64,000 bases of DNA from an uncultured Gammaproteobacteria bacterium (GCA_963754535.1 CAVWGG010000021.1:19919-83918), one strand, 5' to 3'; shown: positions 9,947-19,793, counted from the stretch's first letter. The notes: generated from the sequence alone by a model not told the origin. Numbers and translations are program-made.

Positions 9947-12004
9947 ATGAAAGCAGGCCGCCTCACCCCGCTCGCTGCAATGCTGGCCGGCTCGCTGCTG
10001 CCGCTGGCGTCCGCGCACGCCACTGAAGCCCTGGAGACGGTCCAGGTCACGGCGACGCGGCGTGGCGAGTCCACGTTCGATGTCCCGGTGGCGACTGACG
10101 TCATCGACCGGGACGAGATCCGGGCTGCAGCCCCGCAGACGGTGATGGAGGCGTTGCGCGGCCAGGCCGGCGCGTACGTGCAGCAGACGACACCCGGGCA
10201 GGGGATCGTGATCCTGCGCGGCCTGAAGGGCTCCGAGGTCCTGCATGTCGTCGACGGCTTCCGCCTCAACGATGCCATCTTCCGCAACGCCCCGAACCAG
10301 TACGTCGCCCTGGTGGACAGCCAGGCGCTCGCCCGCATCGAGGCCGTGCGCGGCCCGATGTCCGCGCTGTATGGCAGCGACGCGATGGGTGGCGTCCTGC
10401 AGATGCTGACCTGGGAGCCACGTTTCGAAGGCGCCGGCTGGCAGTCCCGCGGACTGCTGCGATCGATGTATGGCAGCGCCGACGACTCGACCTTGTCTCG
10501 CGTCGAAGGCGCGTTCGGCCACGAGCAACTTGCCGTGAGCGGCGGCGCGACCTACCAGGACGTGAACGAGCGTCGAGTGGGCGGTGGCGAGGAATTGCCC
10601 TACACGCGATTCACCGCACGCGCGGCCGACGCGAAAGTGCGCGCGATAGTCGCAGGTGGCAACGAGCTGACGCTGTCGGCGCAGTACTCCGAGCAGCCGC
10701 ATACCCCGCGGTATGACGAACTCACCCCGGGCTACGGCCAGGCTGACCCGAATTCCGCGGTGTACTGGTTCGAACCGCAGCGCCGTGATTTCGTGCAGTT
10801 GCGCTGGCGCGGGAACCACCCGACCAGCGCCTGGGACAGCGCTGAAGCGCAGGTCGGCCAGCAGCGGATCGAGGACGGCCGTCGCAACAGGGACTCCGGT
10901 TCACGCCACGAAGACCGCGAAAGCAACGTGGACACGAGCCGCGGACTGACGTTCCAGGCCAGCAAGGCGGTCGCAGCAAGCCATCAGCTCACTTACGGCA
11001 TCGACGTCTACGACGACGTCGTCGACTCGACGCGCACGCGCACCGATATCGAGACCGGGACGACGAGCGTGCGGGCGCCGCGTTTTCCCGATGGATCCAC
11101 GATGTTCCAGGCGGGTGCGTTCATCGCCGACGACTGGTCCATCGGCGATCGGCTCGACGTGCTTGGCGGCGTGCGCTGGAACATGAGCCGCACCCGCCTG
11201 CCTGCGAGCGGCGGGTTCGCTGCCACCACGGTCGCGGACGACGGGTTCGCGGGCAGTCTCAGCGTCGCCTACGGAGTGACGGAGAGCGTTCGTCTCGTCG
11301 CGAACCTCGGCCAGGGCTTCCGCGCGCCGAACGTGTTCGACCTCGGCACGTTCGGCGACCGTCCAGGCAACCGCTTCAACGTGCCGAACCCGCACCTCGA
11401 GCCGGAGCACGTAACGACGTTCGACGCCGGCTGGAAGGTCATGAGCGACCGGCTGGAAGGCGAACTCGTCGGCTATTACTCGCGGTACCGCGACAAGATC
11501 ACGAGCGTGCTGACCGGTGACGTGACGGACTCGGGCCGCCTGGTCGTGCAGAGCCGCAACGCCGCGAGCCTGGTGCTCTACGGTGCCGAGTTCGCCCTGC
11601 AGCAGCGAATCTCGGACACCGTCGAATGGCGCGCGCAGCTCACGTGGACTCGCGGCGAGGAATCATTTGCGGGCGACGACTATCCGGCCGACCGCATCCC
11701 GCCGCTCAATGGCAGCGCAGGAATCACGTGGCGTCCGGCAACCCGCTGGACGCTGGATGGCTGGCTGAATTTCGCCGACCAGCAGGATCGCTACAGCCCG
11801 CGCGACGACATCGACCCGCGCATTCGACCGGGCGGCACGCCGGGCTGGTCGACCTGGAACGTCCGCGCGGCGTGGGAAGCGAGCGAGCACGTCTTCACTT
11901 CACTGCAGTACGGCAACCTCGGCGATCGGCGCTATCGGGAATTCGGGTCCGGCCTCGACGCGGCGGGACAAGGCTTGGTCCTGACGCTCGAACTGCGGCT
12001 GTAG
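9947..12004 (+). CDS. TonB-dependent outer-membrane receptor
   Basis: 685 aa. Signal peptide, plug domain (ETVQVTATRR...EALRGQAGAYV...ILRGL), and a C-terminal beta-barrel ending ...LTLELRL. Confidence 0.9.
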   Translation: MKAGRLTPLAAMLAGSLLPLASAHATEALETVQVTATRRGESTFDVPVATDVIDRDEIRAAAPQTVMEALRGQAGAYVQQTTPGQGIVILRGLKGSEVLHVVDGFRLNDAIFRNAPNQYVALVDSQALARIEAVRGPMSALYGSDAMGGVLQMLTWEPRFEGAGWQSRGLLRSMYGSADDSTLSRVEGAFGHEQLAVSGGATYQDVNERRVGGGEELPYTRFTARAADAKVRAIVAGGNELTLSAQYSEQPHTPRYDELTPGYGQADPNSAVYWFEPQRRDFVQLRWRGNHPTSAWDSAEAQVGQQRIEDGRRNRDSGSRHEDRESNVDTSRGLTFQASKAVAASHQLTYGIDVYDDVVDSTRTRTDIETGTTSVRAPRFPDGSTMFQAGAFIADDWSIGDRLDVLGGVRWNMSRTRLPASGGFAATTVADDGFAGSLSVAYGVTESVRLVANLGQGFRAPNVFDLGTFGDRPGNRFNVPNPHLEPEHVTTFDAGWKVMSDRLEGELVGYYSRYRDKITSVLTGDVTDSGRLVVQSRNAASLVLYGAEFALQQRISDTVEWRAQLTWTRGEESFAGDDYPADRIPPLNGSAGITWRPATRWTLDGWLNFADQQDRYSPRDDIDPRIRPGGTPGWSTWNVRAAWEASEHVFTSLQYGNLGDRRYREFGSGLDAAGQGLVLTLELRL

Positions 12005-12005
12005 T

Positions 12006-13502
12006 TCAGTCGCCCAGCGGAACGCCTGCTGTCCGCAGTTCATCGATCAGCGGCTGGAGGTGCGCCTGGTACCGGCGCCAGCGGCCGACGCTGCTCGCAT
12101 ACAGCGGCTGCCTGACCTGCACCGCGCTCGCCGTGGCGACCGCCCTCTCGTTGCGATCGAACTGGAGGCACGCCTCCTCCCACGGCAGTCGGCAGTGCGC
12201 GAGCAACCTTGCAGTCTCGCCACGCTGATCGGCGACGAGCGCTTCGTAACTGACCTCGTGCACCCGTCCCGGCAGCATGGCCTGCCAGTGCGCGATGAGC
12301 CGATCGAACCGCGCGTAGTACCGCCCGATGTCGCGCAGGTCGCGCGCGTAGTCGTAGTACGAAAAGCCGGTGGCGAACAGCTGGCGGAAATTGCTCAGCC
12401 CGGTGTCGAGTGGATGCCGCCGCAGGACGACGATGATCGCGGCGGGCAGCGCGCGCACAATGTGCCCCAGGTAGAAAAAATTGAGCGGCATCTTGTCGAC
12501 GAAGCGCGGTTGCGGCTGGCCGGCAGGTCGCGTGTGCTCGAGGTAATCACGACCCAGCGCCGGCAAGTCGACGCGCAGTGACTGTGCGAGCGTGGCTTCG
12601 TCGAGCACCTGCGGCGAAGGCGTCTGGCAGGCACGCTTGAGCAGCACCCCGAAATTCTGCGACTCGCCTGCCGAGGCCACCTGCGAATGGCTGGAGAGAA
12701 TCCGCTCCACGAGCGTGGTGCCGGTGCGCGGCATGCCCACGACGAAGATCGGTGCGCAGGCGATCTCGTCGCCCGTCATGTCCGCGCGGGCGGGAGCCGG
12801 CATGACTTCCGGGAAGAGACGCATGACCGCCTCGAACAGTCCCTGGTCGCGCTCGAATCGATACCTGGTAGCCGCATGCTTGCGCGCGTTGCCGGCGAGC
12901 AGGTGCGCGAACGCCTCGTCGTCCCGGCCGAGGTCTTCCAGCTCCCTGGCCAGCGCGTGACGCAGGTGCAACTCGGCATCGGGTTCGAGCGGGCCAGTCG
13001 CGAGCAGCCGCTCGAGCCGCTCGAGGTGGTTGCGCTCGGGCGTTTGTCGTCGGGTCGCTGCGAGCGCCGAGTGCGCACGCCAGAAGCGCGGATCGCAGCG
13101 CACGCACGCCTCGTACGCCGCCTCGGCCGCGGCGATGCGCCCGAGAAACTTGAGCGAAGCAGCGTGATTGAAATGCAGCCCGGCACGCCCCGGGTCCAGC
13201 GCGACGGCACGAGCGAAGCAATCGACGGCCTGTTCGTGGAGCCCGGCGCGGCTGAACACGACGCCGATCGTGTCGAGCGTGGCCGCCGATCCGGGCAACA
13301 GCGACAGCGCGCGTTGCGCAGCGTCGACCGACTCGTCGGTGCGATGCAAGCGGGAGAGCCAGCGACCGAGCTGCGCATGCGCCTCTGCATCGGCAGGAGC
13401 AGCGGCACAGGCCTCGCGGATGAGCGCGAGGCCTTCGCGGACACGGCCCGCTTCCGCGGCCATGACGCCGCGGACAAGCAGGCCGCCCGCGCTGCCCGGC
13501 AA
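12006..13502 (-). CDS. TPR-repeat protein fused to a PAPS-dependent sulfotransferase domain
   Basis: 498 aa. The N-terminal half is TPR-like. The C-terminal half carries the 5'-PSB-like loop VVGMPRTGTTLVERILSSH. No signal peptide. Lies 7 nt downstream of the TonB receptor at 13510..15903. Confidence 0.85.
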   Translation of the reverse strand: MPGSAGGLLVRGVMAAEAGRVREGLALIREACAAAPADAEAHAQLGRWLSRLHRTDESVDAAQRALSLLPGSAATLDTIGVVFSRAGLHEQAVDCFARAVALDPGRAGLHFNHAASLKFLGRIAAAEAAYEACVRCDPRFWRAHSALAATRRQTPERNHLERLERLLATGPLEPDAELHLRHALARELEDLGRDDEAFAHLLAGNARKHAATRYRFERDQGLFEAVMRLFPEVMPAPARADMTGDEIACAPIFVVGMPRTGTTLVERILSSHSQVASAGESQNFGVLLKRACQTPSPQVLDEATLAQSLRVDLPALGRDYLEHTRPAGQPQPRFVDKMPLNFFYLGHIVRALPAAIIVVLRRHPLDTGLSNFRQLFATGFSYYDYARDLRDIGRYYARFDRLIAHWQAMLPGRVHEVSYEALVADQRGETARLLAHCRLPWEEACLQFDRNERAVATASAVQVRQPLYASSVGRWRRYQAHLQPLIDELRTAGVPLGD

Positions 13503-13509
13503 GCCGGCC

Positions 13510-15903
13510 TCAGAGGTCGAAGCGGTAGTTGAACTCGAGACCGACGGTTCGCGGACGCAGCATGCTCTGGAAATACGTGCGGGACGCGAACTGTTGCTCG
13601 GGCACGACGTCGTTCGGCCCGGTGCCGAGACGCCGGATGTAGCTCGGGTCGCGGCGCACGGACGTCACGGCATACTTGTCGAACAGGTTGTCGGCATAGA
13701 GACGCGCGGACCAGCGGCCGTCGGTCAAGCCGAACGACAGGCCGTGCACGGCCCAGCCCGGCAATGCCTCGCCGTTGTCGCGCAACCCGACCTTCGTGTA
13801 CACGTCGCTGACGGCGGAGAACGTGTAATCCGCCGTCACCGTGAGGCCGTTGTCGAGCGGCCGCGTATAGGCGAGCAGCAGCGTGCCCTGCTCCTCCGGC
13901 GTGCCAGCCAGGCGGTCGCCCTCGAAGGCGTCGACACCATCGACGAGGCCGGGCGCATCTTCCGACAGCTCGGCGTTGTTGAAGGTCACGTTGGCGGCCA
14001 GTTCCAGGTTGTCGGTGATGCTCCACCGCGTCGTGAGCTCGATGCCCTTGCTCGCGGCCGCGCTGCCGTTCACGGTGATCGGAACGCCGCCCGTCACACT
14101 CCTGCTCTGCACCTGGATGTCCTGCCAGTCGATGTAGTAGACGGCCGCATTCACGATCAGGCGACCGTCGAGCCACAGGCTGCGCAGGCCGACTTCGTAG
14201 TTCGTGGTCGTGTCGGGCTTGATCAGCACCTCACTCTCGGTGAGACAGAACGACTGTCCGTCGCTGTCGCCGGTGCAGAGCGGCCCGGAGTTGAGGCCGC
14301 CGCGTCGGTACCCTTCGCTGACCGTCAGGTAGGTCATCAGGTCGTCGTTGAACTCGTACGACGTGTTGAACTTGAAGATGACGTCGTTGTCACCCGTCTT
14401 GTTGCGCACGCCGGTGAGCTGCACATCGCCCGGCGGGTCCGCATAGAACGGAAATGCCGTCTGCAACTCGACGTCGTCGTCGTAATCGAACCAGCGGGCA
14501 CCGACCGTCGCCTGCCAGGCCTCCGTGAAATGAAAGCCGATTTCACCGAACAACGCCATCTCCTCGAACGTCTCGTCCGCGGTCGCCAGGTACTCGAGAT
14601 CGGGCGTGCCCGGCGGGAATCCGTACCAATCGGGGATGCCGGGCGTGTGTTCCTGGCTGGTCGACTCGCCCTCGTACTTGTTGTAGAAGGCGCCCGCGAT
14701 CCAGTTCCAGCGCTCCGTGCCCTGCGACACGAGGCGTACTTCCTGGTTGAAGGTTTTCTCCTCCTGGTCTTCGCGCGCGTACGCGGCGAATTGCGGGAAA
14801 TCTTCGTAGCCGTAGTCGAAGTCCATCAGCAGGTCGGTCTGGTCGCGCTGGCCATTCGACTCGAATTTCGACGCGCCCGTGGCCGAGGTCAGCTCGGCAA
14901 AGCCGAGGTCCCACGTGAGCTCGAGTGCGAGCAACTGGTTCTTCTTGTCGTTCGGCTCCAGGAACCGGTGGCCCGCAACGTACCTGCCCGTATCGAAGGC
15001 AAGGTCGTGGTTGACCGTGCGCGCCCCGACGTCCTGCTGCTGGTAGTAATAGGTGAGGTTGGCCGTCAAGGCGTCAGTGATGTTCCACAGCAGGGACGCG
15101 CGACCGGTCAGCGTCTCTTCGGTATCAGCGTCCTTGACCTTGCGCAGGTTGGCCGCCACCGCCACCGGATCGTTGCGGTCCGGTTCCGGGTCGGAGACAC
15201 CCGGCTCGCGGACCACGTAGTCGTAATCGATGAACCCCGGATCGTCCGTGTAGCCCACCACTGCGCGCAGCGCGAGCCTGTCTTCGACGAGCGGGACGTT
15301 GACGACGCCGTGCAGGTCGTAGCCGATGCCGTCGCTCTGGCCAAGCGCATAGGTCCGCCCCCCGATCTCGAGTTCGGTCCGGCTCGGGTCTGGCCGGTTC
15401 GGCAGGTAGCGGATGGCGCCGCCGAGCGTGCCCGCGCCGTACAGCGTGCCCTGGGGACCGAGCAAGGCCTCGACGCGCTCCATGTCGAGCATCTTGAGGT
15501 CGACGAAGAGCGGGATGTCGCCGAGGTAGGTCGCGACCGTGCCGCCAGTGCCGTTGCCCACCGACTCGCTGGCATTGATGGAGCTGACGTTCAGGCCGCG
15601 CACCGTCATCAGGTTGCTGCCGCGGGGACCCTGGTTGGCCACGTAGAGGCCCGGGACGGCGCGCGTGAACTCGGTCAGGTTGGTGATGCGCAGGTCGTCG
15701 AGGGCGTCGGACCCTAGTGCCACGATGTTGAACGGGATGTCCTGGACGTTCGCCTCGCGGCGGGTCGCCGTGACGATGATTTCCTCGAGCACGGCGCCGT
15801 CGTCGGACACCGGCTGGGCGCAAGCGACCCCCATGGGAACCGATAGGCCGAGCGCGGCCGCCACCGCCGCTGCCACTCGCGGCGAATGCCGAATGCCATC
15901 CAT
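13510..15903 (-). CDS. TonB-dependent outer-membrane receptor
   Basis: 797 aa. Signal peptide, plug (EEIIVTATRREANVQDIP...TVRGLN), and a terminal beta-strand ...EFNYRFDL. Confidence 0.9.
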   Translation of the reverse strand: MDGIRHSPRVAAAVAAALGLSVPMGVACAQPVSDDGAVLEEIIVTATRREANVQDIPFNIVALGSDALDDLRITNLTEFTRAVPGLYVANQGPRGSNLMTVRGLNVSSINASESVGNGTGGTVATYLGDIPLFVDLKMLDMERVEALLGPQGTLYGAGTLGGAIRYLPNRPDPSRTELEIGGRTYALGQSDGIGYDLHGVVNVPLVEDRLALRAVVGYTDDPGFIDYDYVVREPGVSDPEPDRNDPVAVAANLRKVKDADTEETLTGRASLLWNITDALTANLTYYYQQQDVGARTVNHDLAFDTGRYVAGHRFLEPNDKKNQLLALELTWDLGFAELTSATGASKFESNGQRDQTDLLMDFDYGYEDFPQFAAYAREDQEEKTFNQEVRLVSQGTERWNWIAGAFYNKYEGESTSQEHTPGIPDWYGFPPGTPDLEYLATADETFEEMALFGEIGFHFTEAWQATVGARWFDYDDDVELQTAFPFYADPPGDVQLTGVRNKTGDNDVIFKFNTSYEFNDDLMTYLTVSEGYRRGGLNSGPLCTGDSDGQSFCLTESEVLIKPDTTTNYEVGLRSLWLDGRLIVNAAVYYIDWQDIQVQSRSVTGGVPITVNGSAAASKGIELTTRWSITDNLELAANVTFNNAELSEDAPGLVDGVDAFEGDRLAGTPEEQGTLLLAYTRPLDNGLTVTADYTFSAVSDVYTKVGLRDNGEALPGWAVHGLSFGLTDGRWSARLYADNLFDKYAVTSVRRDPSYIRRLGTGPNDVVPEQQFASRTYFQSMLRPRTVGLEFNYRFDL

Positions 15904-16144
15904 GCGATCTCCCTCCCCAACGACCCGACGGGCCAGAATGGGCCCGTCCCCAGGTCAGTCGCGCGACGCGAGTCGAGTCTATAGCGGAACTTGGTGACAC
16001 TTTCAATTTGCGGGGATCGAGCGTCGGCGATGAAGTACGCGCTCCGGCAGTACCGGTTCCGTGCCGACCGTCCGAGCCGGGCTTGGCAGGGAGGTCGCCG
16101 CCCCCTACTCTGGCGGGCCTTTCAGCCACCATGCCACAACTTCC

Positions 16145-16774
16145 ATGAGCACTGCCGACCGCAAACCGCTGGGGCCGCTGCCGACCCTGATCTTCAGCTC
16201 GCGTTGGCTGCAGCTGCCGCTCTACCTTGGCCTCATCGTCGCGCAGGGCGTCTACGTCTTCCTGTTCCTCAAGGAACTGTGGCACCTGATCCACTCGGCG
16301 CCGACGCTGACCGAGCAGTCGATCATGCTGATCGTGCTGGGCCTGATCGACGTGGTGATGATCTCGAACCTGCTGGTGATGGTGATCGTTGGCGGTTACG
16401 AGACCTTCGTGTCGCGCCTGGACCTGCAAGGACATCCCGACCAGCCCGAGTGGCTCAGCCACGTCAACGCGAGCGTGCTGAAGGTGAAGCTCGCGATGGC
16501 GATCATCGGCATCAGCTCGATCCACCTGCTCAAGACGTTCATCGAGGCCGGCATGATCGGCGGCATGCCGCTGTGCGGAACGACCGCCGCACTCGAGGCT
16601 GCGCAGGCGTTGAGCGCGGCGGGCTCCTACGGCAAGGGCTGCACGCAAGTCACGTCCGAAGGCGTCATGTGGCAGACCATCATCCACTCCGTGTTCATTC
16701 TTTCTGCGCTAGGCATCGCCTGGACCGATCGCATCATGGCGCAGGGCGGCAGCGCACCCCGCAAGGCGCACTGA
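16145..16774 (+). CDS. YqhA/UPF0114 family membrane protein
   Basis: Track ORF 16061..16774, trimmed to the ATG at 16145 (MSTADRKPLGPLPTLIFSSRWLQLPLYLGLIV...). The SRWLQLP.YLGL and DVVMISNLL motifs are typical of UPF0114. Confidence 0.8.
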   Translation: MSTADRKPLGPLPTLIFSSRWLQLPLYLGLIVAQGVYVFLFLKELWHLIHSAPTLTEQSIMLIVLGLIDVVMISNLLVMVIVGGYETFVSRLDLQGHPDQPEWLSHVNASVLKVKLAMAIIGISSIHLLKTFIEAGMIGGMPLCGTTAALEAAQALSAAGSYGKGCTQVTSEGVMWQTIIHSVFILSALGIAWTDRIMAQGGSAPRKAH

Positions 16775-16784
16775 GCATCCGCGC

Positions 16785-17057
16785 GTGACGGGCACCGTCG
16801 CCTACCTGGTCGCCATCGGCGTCACGTTCGTCATCAACGTGCCGTTCGGTTACTGGCGGGCCGGGGTGCGCAAGTTTTCGCCGCGGTGGTTCGTGGCGGT
16901 GCATGCGGCGGTGCCGATGGTGATCGCGTTGCGTTTGGCGCTCGGGCTGCCGTTCCGCTGGAGCATGTTCCCGCTCTTCGTCGCCGCGTACTTCGGCGGC
17001 CAGTACGTCGGCAGCCGGCTGCGCCCGCCGCGCGAGGCTCAGCCCAACCGCCCGTAA
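16785..17057 (+). CDS. small hypothetical membrane protein (3 TM)
   Basis: 90 aa with a GTG start, high GC3 and three hydrophobic segments. No family recognised. The 3' end overlaps the convergent aldolase gene by 19 nt. Confidence 0.55.
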   Translation: MTGTVAYLVAIGVTFVINVPFGYWRAGVRKFSPRWFVAVHAAVPMVIALRLALGLPFRWSMFPLFVAAYFGGQYVGSRLRPPREAQPNRP

Positions 17058-17674
17058 TCGGTGAACTTGGCGACCACCTTCTGGATCTCGGCGTCGTCGA
17101 GCAGCTGCGGCACGAGCCCCGCTGAGAGCATCGAGAGATATTCGCCCGCCAGGTTCTCGACCTCGACGGCCACCGCATGGGCGCGTGCCAGCGTGTTGCC
17201 GATCGCCATCACGCCGTGATTGCCGAGCAGGCATGCACGCCGGCCCTCGAGTCCGCGCACTGCGGATTCGGCCAGTTCCGCCGTGCCGAACGTCGCGTAT
17301 GGCATGCAGCGTACGTCGCCACCGGCAAGCGCGATCATGTAATGGAACGGCGGAATGCCACGACCCGCGGCTGCGAGCGCCGTCGCGCGCGGGCTGTGCG
17401 TGTGGACGATCGCAAAGACGTCCGGGCGCGCGCGATAGATGGCGGCGTGCATGCGCCATTCGGACGACGGCCGCGGCTCGGTGGCAGTCACCGGCGCATC
17501 GAGCGGCAACGTGACGATCTGCGCAGGCACCAGCTCACGGTACGGGATGCCAGCGGGCGTGATCGCGAAACCATCCGCCACCCGGCAGGACACGTTGCCC
17601 GATTTATTGGGCACCATGCCCGCGTCGTCGAGCGCGTGCGTGACGGCAATGATCTCTTCGCGATGGCCATGCAT
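17039..17674 (-). CDS. class II aldolase/adducin-family protein; candidate 5-(methylthio)ribulose-1-phosphate aldolase (DHAP shunt), with an MtnB-type dehydratase as the alternative
   Basis: 211 aa. Zn-ligand motifs IVHTHSP and GNHGVMAIG. Immediately downstream of mtnA and mtnP. Confidence 0.8.
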   Translation of the reverse strand: MHGHREEIIAVTHALDDAGMVPNKSGNVSCRVADGFAITPAGIPYRELVPAQIVTLPLDAPVTATEPRPSSEWRMHAAIYRARPDVFAIVHTHSPRATALAAAGRGIPPFHYMIALAGGDVRCMPYATFGTAELAESAVRGLEGRRACLLGNHGVMAIGNTLARAHAVAVEVENLAGEYLSMLSAGLVPQLLDDAEIQKVVAKFTDYGRLG

Positions 17675-17685
17675 GCCCGCTGCCC

Positions 17686-18783
17686 TCAGTGTCTTTCGCG
17701 CCCGGGATAAAGCGCGGCCAGGCCCGCGCGACTGGCGGTTGTCACGCCGCGTTCGGTGATGATGCCGGTGATGAGCCGCGCGGGCGTGACGTCGAACCCG
17801 GGATTGCGCACGTGGCTGCCGGGCGCGACGACCTCCACTTCCTCGAGGTTGCCGCCGGCCGTGCGCCCACGCATGTGCGTGACTTCGCGCGAGGACCGCT
17901 CCTCGATCGGCACCTGGCGCACGCCTTCGTCCAGTGTCCAGTCGATCGTCGAGAACGGCAGCGCCGCATAGAACGGCACGCCGTTGTCGTGGGCGGCAAG
18001 CGCCTTGAGGTACGTGCCGATCTTGTTGGCGACGTCGCCCGTGGCCGTCGTCCGGTCGCTGCCGACGATGCAGACGTCGACCTCGCCCCGCTGCAGCAGG
18101 TGACCGCCCGCGTTGTCGGTGATCACCGTGTATGGCACGCCGTGCGCGCCGAGCTCGAAGGCCGTGAGGAAGGCGCCCTGGCTGCGCGGCCGCGTTTCAT
18201 CGACGTACACGTGCACCGGTAGCCCGGCCTCGTGCGCGGCATACGCCGGCGCGAGAGCCGTGCCCCAATCGACGCAGGCCAGCCAGCCGGCGTTGCAGTG
18301 CGTGAGGACGTTGACCGGCTTGCCGTTCCGGCCGAGCGCCAACTCAGCCAGCAACGCGAGACCGTGCCGTCCGATCGCTGCGCACGACGCGACGTCCTCC
18401 TCGGCGATGGCTGCGGCCTCGGCGTAGGCGTGCGCGGCCCGTTCGACCGGTGGCAGCGGCGCCACGGTGCGCCGCATACGCTCTGCCGCCCAACGCAGGT
18501 TGACCGCGGTCGGTCGCGTCGCGACCAGTGTCTCGATGGCGGCCACCAGGCTCGCATCGCTCGAATTCTCGCGCAGCGCCAGCGCCACGCCATAAGCCGC
18601 CGTCACACCGATCAACGGCGCGCCGCGCACCACCATGTCGCGGATTGCGCTTGCAGCATCGTCGACGCCGCGCAGCGTTCGCACTTCGAACGCGAACGGC
18701 AGCAACGTCTGGTCGATGACCGCGATGTCGCCGCCGGCGTCGGCCTGCCAGATCGTGCGGAAAGACTGTCCGTTGACCCGCAT
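17686..18783 (-). CDS. mtnA: S-methyl-5-thioribose-1-phosphate isomerase
   Basis: Track ORF 17686..18924, trimmed to the ATG at 18783 (MRVNGQSFRTIWQ...IDQTLLP). VRGAPLIGVTAAYG, THCNAG and VGSDRTTATGDVANKIGTY motifs. Confidence 0.9.
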   Translation of the reverse strand: MRVNGQSFRTIWQADAGGDIAVIDQTLLPFAFEVRTLRGVDDAASAIRDMVVRGAPLIGVTAAYGVALALRENSSDASLVAAIETLVATRPTAVNLRWAAERMRRTVAPLPPVERAAHAYAEAAAIAEEDVASCAAIGRHGLALLAELALGRNGKPVNVLTHCNAGWLACVDWGTALAPAYAAHEAGLPVHVYVDETRPRSQGAFLTAFELGAHGVPYTVITDNAGGHLLQRGEVDVCIVGSDRTTATGDVANKIGTYLKALAAHDNGVPFYAALPFSTIDWTLDEGVRQVPIEERSSREVTHMRGRTAGGNLEEVEVVAPGSHVRNPGFDVTPARLITGIITERGVTTASRAGLAALYPGRERH

Positions 18784-18796
18784 GCGAGCGATCCGT

Positions 18797-19675
18797 TCAG
18801 GCGGGACGCAGCACGCGACCGGCGACCGTCTGCAGCTTCGCGACGAGCGCGGGATCGCGCACGCCCGGGTGCGTGAGGATCGCGCCGTCGAGTGCACGGT
18901 CGGACCCCACTGGGCACGGCACACGCTCCGCCGGAAAATCCCGGGCCAGCCGCGCGAACACTCGCTGCGCCTTGCCGTTGTTCTCCGCCATGACGCGCAG
19001 CAGGCTCGCGACGTCGACGGCGCCGTGCACCTCGTGCCAGCAGTCGTAGTCGGTCACCATGGCGATCACGGCATAGGTGATCTCGGCTTCGCGCGCGAGT
19101 TTGGCTTCCGGCATCGACGTCATGTGGATGATGTCGTAGCCGAGGCGCTGGTATGTCAGCGATTCCGGCAGTGTCGAAAACTGCGGCCCCTCCATGCACA
19201 CGGCCACGCCGCCGCGCTGGTACGGAATGCCCTCGGCCTGGACGGCGCGCTCGATGCGGTCCTGCAGCGCCGGCCCCACCGGATGCGCGAATGACACGTG
19301 CGCGACACAGCCGGTGCCGAAGAAGGTGCTGGCGCGGTGCACCGTGCGGTCGACGAAGTTGTCGACCAGGACGAACGTTCCCGGGCTAAGGGCGTCCTTG
19401 TACGAACCGCAGGCCGAGAACGACACCAGGTCCGTCACGCCGAGCTGCTTCATCGCGTCGACATTGGCGCGGTAATTGATCTCGTGGGGCGGTATGCGAT
19501 GTCCGCGGCCGTGCCGCGGCAGGAAAACGACCTCGGTCGCCCCGACCCGCCCGATGCGCAGGGTGTCGGACGGCTCGCCCCACGGCGTCACCACGGCCTG
19601 TTCGCGCACGTCCTCGATGCCGGGCAGATCGTAGACGCCCGACCCGCCGATGATCCCCAACACTGCCTTTGCCAT
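18797..19675 (-). CDS. mtnP: S-methyl-5'-thioadenosine phosphorylase
   Basis: Track ORF trimmed to the ATG at 19675 (MAKAVLGIIGGSGVYD...). FLPRHGRGHRIPPHEINYRAN and HMTSMPEAKLAREA motifs. Confidence 0.9.
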   Translation of the reverse strand: MAKAVLGIIGGSGVYDLPGIEDVREQAVVTPWGEPSDTLRIGRVGATEVVFLPRHGRGHRIPPHEINYRANVDAMKQLGVTDLVSFSACGSYKDALSPGTFVLVDNFVDRTVHRASTFFGTGCVAHVSFAHPVGPALQDRIERAVQAEGIPYQRGGVAVCMEGPQFSTLPESLTYQRLGYDIIHMTSMPEAKLAREAEITYAVIAMVTDYDCWHEVHGAVDVASLLRVMAENNGKAQRVFARLARDFPAERVPCPVGSDRALDGAILTHPGVRDPALVAKLQTVAGRVLRPA

Positions 19676-19793
19676 GCCTGCCGCCCTGCCATTGTGTTGG
19701 CTGCAGATTAAACGAGACCGCGTGCCACCGGGAGCCGGGGCTTTCCGCGCCCGGCCATGAGACCATGGGACATCCAGCCGAGGGACAGCAGTC

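Noticed and set aside
7163-10819. 1218-aa minus-strand ORF, the longest in the track
   Set aside because: It is a read-through artefact. Only the last 522 codons are nadB. Upstream, this frame overlaps nadA out of frame and then runs antisense through the start of the TonB receptor gene. That part of the product is Arg/Gly/Ala/Pro-rich low-complexity sequence with no motifs.
13168-15717. 849-aa plus-strand ORF covering the TonB receptor and sulfotransferase genes
   Set aside because: It is antisense to two well-supported genes, the product is low-complexity (R/A/G/V/E), and it has no RBS or motifs.
17039-17674. Calling the class II aldolase-family gene mtnB (methylthioribulose-1-P dehydratase) outright
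   Set aside because: The fold and Zn ligands are shared by MtnB, Ald2 and fuculose-1-P aldolases. Without mtnC/mtnD nearby, the DHAP-shunt aldolase is at least as likely, so no gene symbol is assigned.
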